Below, in pieces: positions 11,101-19,077 of a DNA stretch of 64,000 bases (within the stretch, counting starts at the first letter, position 1; the number at the start of each line of letters is the position of its first letter). The translations under genes were made by a program, and so were the position numbers. The notes beneath the pieces are model-generated. The model had not been told where the DNA came from. It searched no databases and saw only the letters and a list, made by a program, of their open reading frames with translations. This DNA comes from Rebecca billardiae RCC1528 (lineage: Eukaryota > Protista > Haptophyta): assembly GCA_965240325.2 (NCBI GenBank), contig OZ251244.1:992001-1056000 (forward strand), written 5' to 3'.

Positions 11101-11918
11101 ACCGGCAAGTGCTCGGCGCCGGGAGCGCCGGCGCAGCCGGCGCCATGCATCGCCGCAAACGCCAGGGCGCGGAACCACAGGGCAGCAGACGACAGCCTAG
11201 ACAGCCTGTCGCAAGAGCCGCCCATGTCGCCGCCCAGGTCCAGTACAGCCTCGGCTGAGGCCAGCACACCGACGCACTCGGTGAAGCAGAGAAGCGCCTC
11301 CGCACTCGCCAGATCCGACACCACCGGCGGCACGCAGCCGGTGCCACCAACACGACCACCAGCCTGGGCGGCGCTCACCGAGCCCAGCACGCACAGCACG
11401 AGGACCAAGCTGAACTCCCACGGGGTGTTCTGTGGAGTCATCCGCAGAGCATTCAGCGCGCTCTCCGCTCCGCTGACGAACTCGTCAATCCGCAACGCGC
11501 GCACAGTGGTGCCGTCGACGCGCCTGGGCTGCACCACGTCAGATGACGCCTCCGCCTGCGCGCGACAGATGCACGGTGCGCAACAGATGCACGATGGCGG
11601 GCAAAAGGGGCGGGGGGGGGGGTGGGGGTGGGGGGCGCGGGGTGCGACGTTGGAGGCACCGGCACGCACGTCGGTGCAGGCAGTACCCTCTGCCAGCCGC
11701 CCGCGCGCAGCACCGCCACCCAGCCGCGCGCACCATCGTCCTTGCGTGCGCAGCAGTTCCGTCGTACAACCACCAAAGCGGGCAAAGGGCGACACCTGCG
11801 CGCGCGTCCGGAGGCCACGCGCGCGTGAGGCGGCGCGCGCGCAGGCGGCGGCATGTTGTGCACGTAGCTTGCGCGTAACGCCGCACGAACCAGCTCCGCC
11901 TGCGCGCGCGCGCGCCAC
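2196..11918 (-). CDS. Multidomain Mutator transposase: OTU-like, 2OG-Fe(II) oxygenase-like, Mutator zinc DBD, DDE, SWIM, PHD-like, OTU; true start codon uncertain
   Basis: DBD ~6985-7220 (GTRFERLADA...RVTCTTPNCAFRV...WYVEASSAHSPDC). DDE core ~5640-6460 (VFSDACHL / GMLFVTLAVNANGQLF / TISDGQKGL / HLFLCTFHKRDNF / TGAPAESF). SWIM ~5320-5400 (CCG...LPCLH). Cys/His finger ~4510-4700. OTU ~2690-3460 (VPGDGDCFFHAI...YHPGHFHAV). 2OG-like ~9015-9780 (GWHVDSD...IFPSMLYHRS). In-frame GT-AG introns predicted at 6170-6328 and 11556-11669. Confidence 0.9.
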   Translation of the reverse strand: MARARAGGAGSCGVTRKLRAQHAAACARAASRARGLRTRAQVSPFARFGGCTTELLRTQGRWCARLGGGAARGRLAEGTACTDVRAGASNVAPRAPHPHPPPRPFCPPSCICCAPCICRAQAEASSDVVQPRRVDGTTVRALRIDEFVSGAESALNALRMTPQNTPWEFSLVLVLCVLGSVSAAQAGGRVGGTGCVPPVVSDLASAEALLCFTECVGVLASAEAVLDLGGDMGGSCDRLSRLSSAALWFRALAFAAMHGAGCAGAPGAEHLPVPTSLCPAGCDPVSSPPPGDAHGAAAGGAAGGGLLGHDPTSDSGGGSVGRGAPAQRRRQGSPPPLPRAPAAIAVRAAWASSPLQVKVALAALCAPRPDAGDIHGVFSTVDPRAGGTGAKPAPAVEYYARAVFGADAGCREDLFAAFVRVASASAPGVSDAHAADHLRTRAYTSLRGALAPAPPLADHALYMETSSSVQAGQRADLLWRELLRARATWLRAVDQALRADAECRRAAGHAVHDDADGADCDRRVAAARALRASVSDVGDDGRAGLTAFLDACEGRALCEGWLARPLLHAISVLERRTVWAVVIPLTPALVHVGVGARLHPFLDATFAEALVADAAVAMPPVTLVVTLVGAHAVAGAAARVSGEAVSAVSGALSAGCPRPPGVPQDPSPALRAPPPRQAPPNTPASSLSLCDMLVHNLAVQHALRRAFGDAAATAHSVRIPPHAVQALRDYVFVHARLGGSGDASMPLHAADHALIRTALAYHSADAAGVAAEQRRWGVGDHGAEAGTPTAVLDCPPFADVVTTLQAFMEAVFDVEHSSPVLTAWHVFARPSPADAHAGATSDGQTAAGEATTYGWHVDSDMVHDPHVWTAVLVVHVPSHLTGGNPYPLELLDAGPDGHPVAAPLHGGDVEGGDVAGTVHIFPSMLYHRSAQAPRGGTAPAHSDMSGKKPRRAHTLDGDVIKAVFLFGSPELAAALRAAGGHRSPMVLAAPAASPAALVSAPAPLTPHRFVLTLESGLRHLYSRKLRAGAPGDAQGAFPAFNMGSPQHQQYVADCVQHALGDAPTADPEELLRGVTQCVHVPPERAQRQWAHSALLLALPGADNGDASLTAAARSPPAGPHGQRDTSHGTGPVRAGPGTPTPRGVDGRAPGADAGPRPPGAISSSPPVCPWPAPPPAARAPLLCTQADASAACTSPCVVVAVHGAPASTGCDGGGGGGGGPHANARVLREGSPGSADVPDGGEATGAHGAGGTAAAVAHCTAAPTQSVLGNAVRLGEERVDGAGPSALAGVLASNVQARAVGGPGTDNADMPLPRPPHGTLHLAPHELRLAFRPGQAAHVGGHFHAATATDEQRQAAKAVGTVVQDLGRSRSAHTRAAASGNAPLFVLSADWQTLLLSEDGAGAVSGVISQPDAGSAALARIDEWEATDPLMLCEDESARFCPSGDRDDVSDDAREGSAHAGAAGASTAHDPLAALVTCPPSGACAQPTPATRTAVPGASAAAGAQGQPLPQHHGGDAEYHPLPKQSRAGQHHALAPVEGWKVLGSRPPRPHTEVVRDSSLASDTLVRPGTRFERLADAITLAAECAVHRRIMPPSAQLDHSKLRVTCTTPNCAFRVQVGPAPDHAVWGRPAWYVEASSAHSPDCYNNAGGAGSRANPVTSPSRSRTKARVRVWPYSAKQLGKAVEHDWRARLRERGATHAQLAYGVTESKAVARALVPEKVGESLVRRALAVAREQIYGDDSAMSRDLVAVTAGLSAEGNAVAPIVFAADTVHSDVLAMFRRVHDSAQRSVPLGARRPFDPEEPSVKRAIDEVRGKKAVGGFHYVPKQAKQLYREHFLAKGNRAVFSDACHLHRPASGGGKRAGVRPPPPPPPSPLPPFRVLQAAHPRTHTHAHPPWHAHSPAPRPSPPVPPARVTGMLFVTLAVNANGQLFVLCVSYIVDVECLDSWCAHVRYLKQELGGDDVWNVDDSVTISDGQKGLRGAWKLLCPRRHLFLCTFHKRDNFITGYAHTANDVNKILEVFDRCVQALYVEDFDRAWAEMPESGKRIIDLIPRAELFPVFAPVWMRGYVTGAPAESFMKWLLPVRKSQGPVWMLLDLHDNLYRLFATHRAVAVRHALNPDPDRDLHGLPPRHVPYVRGAVQDARAMGGAECNLVADGEHAGCYRVLSTTDQSKERFVHLDNFLCCGLLRRKRLPCLHFCLVCNRVNEPVCSLLPEDMRSATWYAQVGLGVTQAPTGAVLSITKLDVITPPRRLEDAVQPLLLPSQQLQSLLAEYVAVPAMPARAGRPANADRAPSFWERGPRGGRARRAPHSRSEYDSVPIGRSTQTYVRPLTADGGFAARVREAANSTLEQVLSELPSHLYGIALQDVLCTRNVNVRVGGTVAAPQTFNQRLRAWSTFDARTAALLRCCACYDPQADDLGAAWPASAPPVDPRLTCQGCACFIHAPAQCEYVWHLGPMDSGLYMCTCCYFLLVAGAWKKLRAWRAEEEGAPAAAPPTGARPQEAAYARGPGAPRARAGGGDGACGGGGARASGAPGGSRTPDASAGAGDAPAKPARQPRKPRKKPHSARAYAAQAPPGPSVRFGAAPPASRGAPPRTSTGAGAGTDAAHARGGAVPPPGAVPTAPADDGDGAGPPPCAGTPGVAPPAPGAANVMAEAEAAYAALGDRHVAVRRVVTSAAGVGEASANRFMRARERAPAHTSLDNTLRTAWKTARSIPDKIIAQFAARARPGRSEAGPAGADEGSGLPGTAAHEPPSAAAQLMPELGLPLARWDASRARAREAPLLATSATGLPWWSPAGDGRGGFRAPTVAYVLKTLFGPTVREVDVPGDGDCFFHAILAHDSAALAAAPTRAARNALMQRMNVRAKRARSATVSYMASFFHPTGPNECGPTMWDGQPMDGELAERELAGVLAVRADELRKRGTGQDMELEGRWAGTNRTSLRYAARLYRGGADYDSAWEEFRRGGEWTPGSQTQGSASRALGVHVLAFTARGDRMDADKVNLFPRVSLWRAPKRARDAAADSTTRRRCFSEGSFDLTKKEDVHALRRLDLGTMGTDWVAVVYHPGHFHAVVDTGADAAPAARALSAGGEGRWPYVAACAERHCAKARARWRALVEDDETHNGASEYQPTLAPHMADRMLLSRVDEVGLTRYRGATRRFNTRVFSLHSPAGPEDPAEGEPMDYDSADDDRVLAQPALDSRLDGYEEHSATRLLARLSRERARRASAHAPAGADGGSGE

Positions 11919-12056
11919 ACGGCCGTCGCGCGCGAGTTCGCCAGGAGGCGGGCGTGCACATTATGCAAACCAACGGAGGCGCACGCGGACAGAGCGCGTG
12001 CGCGCGCGCCGGGAGGCCACGCGCGCGTGAGGCGGCGCGCGCGCAGGCGGCGGCAT
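11808..12056. repeat. Subterminal ~45-bp direct repeat pair of the MULE
   Basis: GGAGGCCACGCGCGCGTGAGGCGGCGCGCGCGCAGGCGGCGGCAT occurs at ~11810-11854 and ~12012-12056. Confidence 0.8.
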
Positions 12057-12250
12057 CGCGCGCCTCCCCCGCTCCCCCCGCCCGCAGCCCGACGCGCGCG
12101 CGCGCGCGCGCGTCGGGCGCGCGCGCGCACCTCGTTCGCGCGAGGTGCGCGCGTGGGGCGATGGGGGCTCTTCGGGGCTTTTTTGCGGGCTCCGAAGAGC
12201 CGCGAGGGGCCCCGCGGCCGAAACAGCACGCGAGGGCGTCGAAACGACGC

Positions 12251-12512
12251 GAACCCCGTGTTTGATTAAGTGTTTCGCCGGCGGGGTTCATTTCGCGGGT
12301 ACTGCGCGTAATCGGCGACGTCAAAAGACGCGATTGCGCCGTTTCGGCGCAATCGCGGGGTTCGGTATCTTCGTGCGCGTGGCTTGCCCGAATGTTCGAC
12401 AATCGGACTTCTGGGGTACATCGCGTCCGGAAAAGCCCCTCGCGAGGTTCTGGCCGATTTGGCGGGATTCTGCACAAGCCGCCGCGAATCGGCGGGGTTC
12501 TGAACTTTTCCC
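12251..12512. repeat. Candidate right terminal inverted repeat region of the MULE
   Basis: GCGGGGTTC occurs at 12281, 12355 and 12492, with an inverted GAACCCCG at 12251. A perfect 13-bp-stem hairpin spans 12329-12357. The region ends in ...TGAACTTTTCCC. Confidence 0.6.
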
Positions 12513-13145
12513 TATATAATAATACGACCGATGACATATATCATTATTAATCATTATTACGCGCACGACTCCGAGGCTCACTCACAGTCACGTGCTGCCG
12601 CGTCAGCCTCCGCGGTGGCGGTTCATGACTACTGTTTGCCGACTCCCTCCCCGGGACGGCCTCTGTCTGGGCGGATAACGACTATATACGGTGCTGCTGT
12701 GAGTGAGTGTGCCACTACCGCCAGTGACCGTGTCTGGTCAGCCAGATCGGCCGCCGTCGTGACCGCTCCGTGACTAGTGACGGCGGACCTCACGCCGTCA
12801 CGGGCGCCTAGTGACTCTCGACCACGGGCAGCTGCCGCGGACGCGGCCGGACGGCTGGTTGATAATGCCAAGCGAGCCTGGGACGATCAATATATGACCG
12901 CGTTCCGCGGTCCTTTTCTGCATAGAATCAACGCAGTTGGGGGCCCGCGGTGGCCGTGCAATCGCGGCTCTCCGCCGTAGTGGCAGTTCGCCAGTTGAAG
13001 TCGGTTCTGAGATGACTGAAGCTATTAGTCCGACCGTCGCCCTGCCTGCGCGACCGCGAGACTCATTCACACTTCACACAATCACAGCAGCGGACCTGAG
13101 ACCGCACCCGGCACCGGTCGTCAAATCGGACGTCCGTCTGACAAC

Positions 13146-13291
13146 TAGCTGCCAAATGTCCAACTGGCTGATCAGCTCGGATCCGACCCGTCCGCGATCG
13201 TGCCATCGGCATCGGAATTACTACTAGTAGCTGCCAAACTGTGTCCAACTCTGGCTGATCAGCTCGGATCCGACCCGTCCGCGATCGTGCC
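13146..13291. repeat. Near-tandem ~60-bp duplication
   Basis: TAGCTGCCAAA-TGTCCAACT-GGCTGATCAGCTCGGATCCGACCCGTCCGCGATCGTGCC occurs at 13146-13204 and 13228-13291. The second copy has small CTG and CT insertions. Confidence 0.85.
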
Positions 13292-14639
13292 GAGTGAGTC
13301 GTGCCGCGGAGCTCGGAGTACTGAAGGAGTCGGGTGTGACAGCAGGGTGCTTTAGCGCTGCGGCCCGTGCCAGCCAACGACCAGACGTACTCTGGCCACT
13401 TGACCCGTTGCACGGGTGAGTGACCGTACGCCCTGCCTAGTGCCTACCGCGCGCGCCGCGCGACCGGCGACTCGGGGTGATGGAGAGCGGATGGCGACAG
13501 CAGCAGCAGTCCTCATGAAGACGATGAAACTGGCGGCACGGGTGCACGAGGTGGCAGGCGAAAGCGCGCCGACGAGACCGCATTTGACACACCTGAGCCG
13601 CACGCGCGTGCCGTCGCCGAGCGGCGAGCGCTGCAAACGCGCAACCGTACCGCGCGCGCCACGACTACGGCGCGGCACTAGCTGATGCAGGCCGTACTGC
13701 CGGCACTGCTTCTGCGATCATGCGCCACGGTCGCAGCTGACTGCGTGAGCAGCAAGCGGGAGGCGGGTCCGGAGGCACGTGCAGGCGCCGTCCCGCATAT
13801 CCGCCATCGCCCATCGGCATCGTGCCGGGGCACGTCACCTCCGACGATCCGGATGTGGCCCAGTCCGGACGTCACGCGATCCGGGAAGACGAGTACGATT
13901 CGCTCGTAACGAACCGTTACACTAAAGTCACGGCCAGGCTCACGTCCCGTCCATCGATTACTTATGGAATCAGCTGGGCGCGCTCTTTTTCGGCCTAATA
14001 GACCTCTCTATGCGATCTCAAAAACTCGAAACTCGGTCTCCGCCAGCCCTAAAAATCGCCCCCCGTTCCTTTTTTTTCGCCGCCCCCCGTCCCTTTTTTC
14101 TTGATGATCAAAGATCTTTTTGAAACGTGGTTCGGGCCCGCTGGTGCGGGCTCCACGCTGCGCGCTCCGCCCTGCACCGCGGGCCATTAATAGCTTGGTG
14201 TCAGCTCTTAGATCCTACACGATCGACTCAGTTATTGTAGTGCCAATAACGCCGCCACATATATAGCGCGCGTATATGATATGATGATACATCATCCGTC
14301 ATCCCGGATGAGCCGTATTACTATTATTATATTATATATATATATATATTAAATTTAATATCCGAGCGCTGGCATCGGAGTACTACTCTACTACCGGACC
14401 GTCACTCCGTGCCCGCCGCTGCGGTCACGGCGTCGGGCGTACTCGTGCCGAGTACTCCGTTGAGTCCGTATTCGTAAGACTGTGCTGATTGTCAGATATT
14501 GATACGACATCATTCAGCGCAGTCGTGACTCAGCAGTACGTGACGCGACGCGACGATATCGATATCATATGCTGCTGATGATGACGACGCGACTAGATAG
14601 ATGACATATTGACAACGACTACGACGCGCGCGCCTAGCC

Positions 14640-17600
14640 CTAGAAGCCGCCGGTCGCGTTCCGCCTGAGCGGTGCGGCGCCGGACGTGGCGGGCTGATGG
14701 CCGTACAGCGCCGCGCCGGTGTGGTGCTGCTCGACGCTCGGCAGCGCCGCGACCTCCGGCAGCGTGCCGCTGCTCACGTGCCGAAGCGCCGGCTTCTGGT
14801 TCGGCCCGCTCGCCGTCGCGCCGCCGCCCGGCCCGGAGAAGGTCATGCGGCGCGAGTGCGAGCTCGGCCGCATGGTGGTCGAGCCCTTGCGGATCAAGCC
14901 GGCCGCCTGCGCGCCGCTGTGCAGCTCGTTGGTCGAGCGCACGCGCCCGCCCCTGCGCGGCGCGCGCGGGGCGGAGGGCGGGTGAGCGGCGGCGGCGGCG
15001 GCGCGCGCGCTCGCGCGCGCTCGCGCGCGCTCGCGCGCGCTCGCGCGCACCTGCCGAGCATGGGCGGGCCGGCGGGCGGCGCGGAGGGCGCGCCGCCGTG
15101 CTGACCCAGATCCCACTGGGTGGCGCCCGACCCCGCGCCGGGGCCGAAGGCGGGCCCCGGGTCTGAGGCGCGCAGCCCGGCGTTGCTATGCCCGATCCCT
15201 GCGCGGCAGCGGCGGCGGGGGTGGCGGCGGCGGCCGGCGTGGCGCGCGGTCAGCGTGGCGCGCGATGGCGCGCGATGGCGCGCGCGGCGCGCGCGGCGCG
15301 CGCGGCCCGCGTGTGTTGCGCATTGATGGGCGCAGCGCGCGCCGCACCGACGCCGACCAGCCCGACGTTCTGAAGGGCGCCGCCCATGCCGCAGCCGAGC
15401 GTGGCGCCCGCGGCGGTGGGCGCGAGCGGCGGCGCGCACGGCGCGCTCGAGCCGCCGCCGCCGCCGCCGCCCGCCATGTCCAGGCTGACGGCTGCGAGCT
15501 TGAGCCCGACCTTGCTCAGCGTCGGCCCGCCGCCCGCGCCGCCGCCCGCGCCGCCGAGTCCGACCACCGTCGCACCCGGGTTGAGTCCCGCGCGCGCCTC
15601 GCCGCCGAAGACGAGCTCGACGCGCTCGCGCTCGTCGGGCGTGATCGGCCGGCCGTCGATCACCTCGACCGAGCTCAGCCGCTTCACCAGCGTCGGCCGG
15701 TACAGCTGCTTCCGCGCCACCGGGTTGCCCGCCGCCGACAGCCGCAGCAGGCCGCCCAGAGAGGCCAGCTTCTCGAGCTCGGAGACGTCCACGATCCGGT
15801 TGGCCGACAGGCTGAGCACCTCGAGGCACGGCAGCGGCGAGGGCGGCTCGAGCGTGCGCAGCTGGTTCTCGTCGAGCCGCAGCTCCGCCAGCCGCTCCAG
15901 CCCGGCGAAGCACTCCGCCTCGAGCACGCGGATCCGGTTGCGCTCGAGCGAGAGCTCCCGAAGCTTTGCCTGCGCTGAGAAGATTCTCGCCGGGAGGCGC
16001 GCAATCTCGTTGCCGCCGAGCCGCAGCGAGTGCAGCGAGGGCAGCTGGGCGAGCGGGAGCGCGTGGAGGTCGGCGATCTGGTTGGCGGTGAGGTCGAGCC
16101 GCTCGAGCACCGGGCTCACGTGCCGCAGGCTCGCGAGCGGCCGCGCGAAGCCGCCGCCGTCGGGCGGCGCGCCCGGCGCGCGCGCGCCGCCGCCGCCGCC
16201 GCCGCCGCCGTGCGCGGCCGCCGCCGCGCCCGCCGGCGTCGACGGCGCCGTCGGGCCGCCGCCGGCCGTGAGCGCGTTCGAGCTGAGGTTGAGGACGAGG
16301 AGGGTGGGCAGCGGCTGCAGCGAGCCGAGCTCGCTCAGCTGGTTCCCCGCCAGGTTGAGCTCCGCGATGCCGGGGAACGCCTCAGCGCCCACGAGCGACA
16401 CCTCGCGCAGCTTGGCGGCCGACAGGTCGAGCACGTGCAAGTGTGGCCACGCCGCGCCCGCGCCCGGCGCGCCCGCGGCGGGCGGCCCGGCGCGCGCGAC
16501 GATCAGCTCGTGGGTGAGCTTCCCCGCGAAGCGCTCCTTCGCGACCGACTGCTCGTGCGAGTCCACCGCCGCGCCGTCCAGCACCTTCAGCCGGCGCAGA
16601 AGATACAGCGCGTACAGGCGGTACTCGCTGTCGCCGCAGAGCGGGTTCCCGGAAACGTCCAAGATGATCAGCTTGGGCAGCCCCTTGAGCCGGTGCGCCT
16701 GTGCGCGGAACAAGCAGTCCGGGGGGAGGAGCACGCGTCCGGGGGGCGTGCGGGCGCGGCGCGAGGGAGGGCGCGCGGCTGCTGAGCGCGCGCGCCGAGC
16801 CGCCTCGCGCGCCGCCGCGCGCCATCCGCCGCGCCGCGCGCGGCCGCGCCCGCCCCTCCTCCCCTTCGCCTCTCGCGCGCGCGCGCGCCGCGCTCGGCGC
16901 GCGGGTCACGGCGCGGCGCGGCGGCGTCGCGCGCACCTCGCGCAGCGCGGCGATGGCGTTGTTGCCCGCGTACAGCTCCATCAGCCCGACGAGCTGCTCC
17001 ACGCCGGCGAGCGTGGCGATCTGGTTGTCCTCCACACTGACCTGCGTCATGCTCTCGAGCGGCGCGAGGCCCTCCAGCGAGGTCAGCCGATTCTTACCCG
17101 CCTCGAGCTTGCGGAGGCAGCGCAGCGCGCCCAGGCCGTCGAGCCGGCTGACCCGGTTGTCCTCGAGGTTGAGCTCCTCGAGGCCGGCGCAGCACTCGAG
17201 GCCCTCGATCCGGGTGAGCTCGTTCCCGGCGAGCGAGAGAACGCGCAGGTGCACGAGGGAGTCCAGGCCGTGCACGCGCTTCAGGCCGAGGCCGTCGAGG
17301 AGGAGGTGCTCGACAGCGCGCTCCCACTCGGAGCCCGCGGTGGCGGCGTTGGCGCCGCCGCCGCTGCCGCCGATGGCGCCGCCGACGCGCCCGTCGGGCT
17401 CGGCGGCGGCGGCGGGGCCGGTGGGCAGCCCGGCACTCAGCCGCGCGCCGGACGGCGCCGCGCCGCCCGCGCCGCCGCCCGCGTCGCCGCCCGCGCGCGC
17501 CGGCGCGGCCGTGAGCGCCACCCCCTGACTGAGCAGCTCCGCGACCGTGCGCGGGCGCGCGGTGCCGGAGTAGCTCGAGTTGGGGAGGCTCGGCGGGTTG

Positions 17601-19045
17601 CGCAGGTAGCTGTGCGCCTGTGGGCGCGAGGCGGGCGTCGCGCGTGTGTCGCGCGCCGCGGCGGGACGGGTCGGTCGGCGGCGCGCGCGGCGGGCTGCCC
17701 GCCCCCCCCGCCGCGCGCGCGACAGCGCGCGCGGGCGCGCGCACCTGCAGCAGCGTGGGCGTGATGGTGAGCAGCCCGCCCGCGTCCGCGCCCGCCGCGA
17801 GCAGCAGCTGCCGCTCGTCCGCGCTCACGGCGGCCCCGTCCAGCTCGGTGAGCGCCGGCAAGCGCGAGAGAACGGTCAGCCGGTATCCCCTCGTCTCAGC
17901 GAGGGCGTTGGCGCGGAGGGAGAGGCGGTGCAGCGTGCCGCCGCAGCACGCGCGCAGCACCGCCGCGTCCTCCAGCCGGTACAGCAGGTTGTTGTGCAGC
18001 AGCAGCTCCTGCAGCCGCGCGCACGCCGTCAGCCCCTCGACGCGCTTAATCAAATTAAAAGATAAATCGAGGTGCAGCAGCGAGTGCAACTCCTCAAGCC
18101 CGCGCATCGACTCGATCTCGTTGAAGCTCAGGTCGAGCGAGGTGAGCGAGCGGCACTCGGGGAGGGCGAGCCCGTCGATCACGCGCACGCCGTGCCCGTG
18201 CAGCCCCAGGTGGCCCCAGCCGCCGCCCGCCGCGCCGCCGCCGCCGCCGCCGCCGCCATTCGCAGCGAGCGCGCCCGCCGCGGCGTCGTCGCGCGCGGCC
18301 GCCGCGACGGCCGCGGCGGCCGCGCGCACCGTGTCCTCGCCGAGGCGTGAGAAGCGCGCGCGCTGCGGCAGCGCGGGCGGCAGCGCGAGCGCCGCCGCGC
18401 ACTCCGCGTCGTACGTCGGGCTCGGCGCCTCCGCGTCCGCGCCGCCGCCGCCGCCGCCGCCCGCGTCCGCAGCGTGCAGCGCCGCCGCTGCGCCTGGCCC
18501 GCACTTGCGCACAAAGTCGGCGAGCGGCCGGGCGAGCGCGCCGACCTCGGCGGCGGACATGCCGGGCCCCGCGTCGACGAGGCGCGCGGGCAGCGCCACC
18601 GCCTCCCCCGCCCCGCCGCCGCCGCTCGCCGCCGCGGCGTATTCAAACTCCACCACGTACTCCGTGAGCGCGAGTGCCGGATCGAAGAGAAACCATTCGC
18701 GCTGCCTACCGTCGTCCGGTCTCGCCTGGCGGAAGGCGGAGTGGTGCGAGGGGTAGTCGGCGGAGACGACGGCGCCGTCGCGCGCCGCTGTGCGCGACGC
18801 GTCCTCCGGCGCGCACTTCCCCAGGAACACCTTGCAGATCAGTAGCTGGCCGCGCAAGACGCCGGCAGACTCGAGAGCGAGCGCGCCCGCGCCCGCGCGA
18901 GCAGGCCCGCCGGGCGCGGCGCTGCCGCCGCCGGCGGCGGCGGCGTCGCCGCCCGCCGCCTTGGCCGCGGCGGCCTGCAGCCTGGGCAGGTCGGCGAGCG
19001 AGATCGAGTTGGTGAACGCCCACGCCGCGCTCGTCGAGCCCGCGC

Positions 19046-19077
<32 letters not shown>

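Larger units (their letters stand above)
1..12512 (-). mobile_element. Large Mutator-like (MULE) DNA transposon; left end lies outside the window
   Basis: MULE transposase motifs occur in ORF 2196..11918. The candidate right terminus reads GGGAAAAGTTCAGAACCCC on the minus strand (ends at 12512), a G-rich start typical of MULE TIRs. It is followed abruptly by AT-rich DNA (TATATAATA, candidate 9-bp TSD). A convergent second ORF lies at 1..1401. Confidence 0.8.

Noticed and set aside
12530-13980. Short ORFs (65-116 aa) right of the MULE end
   Set aside because: No recognisable motifs or consistent codon pattern; probably degenerate repeat or intergenic DNA.
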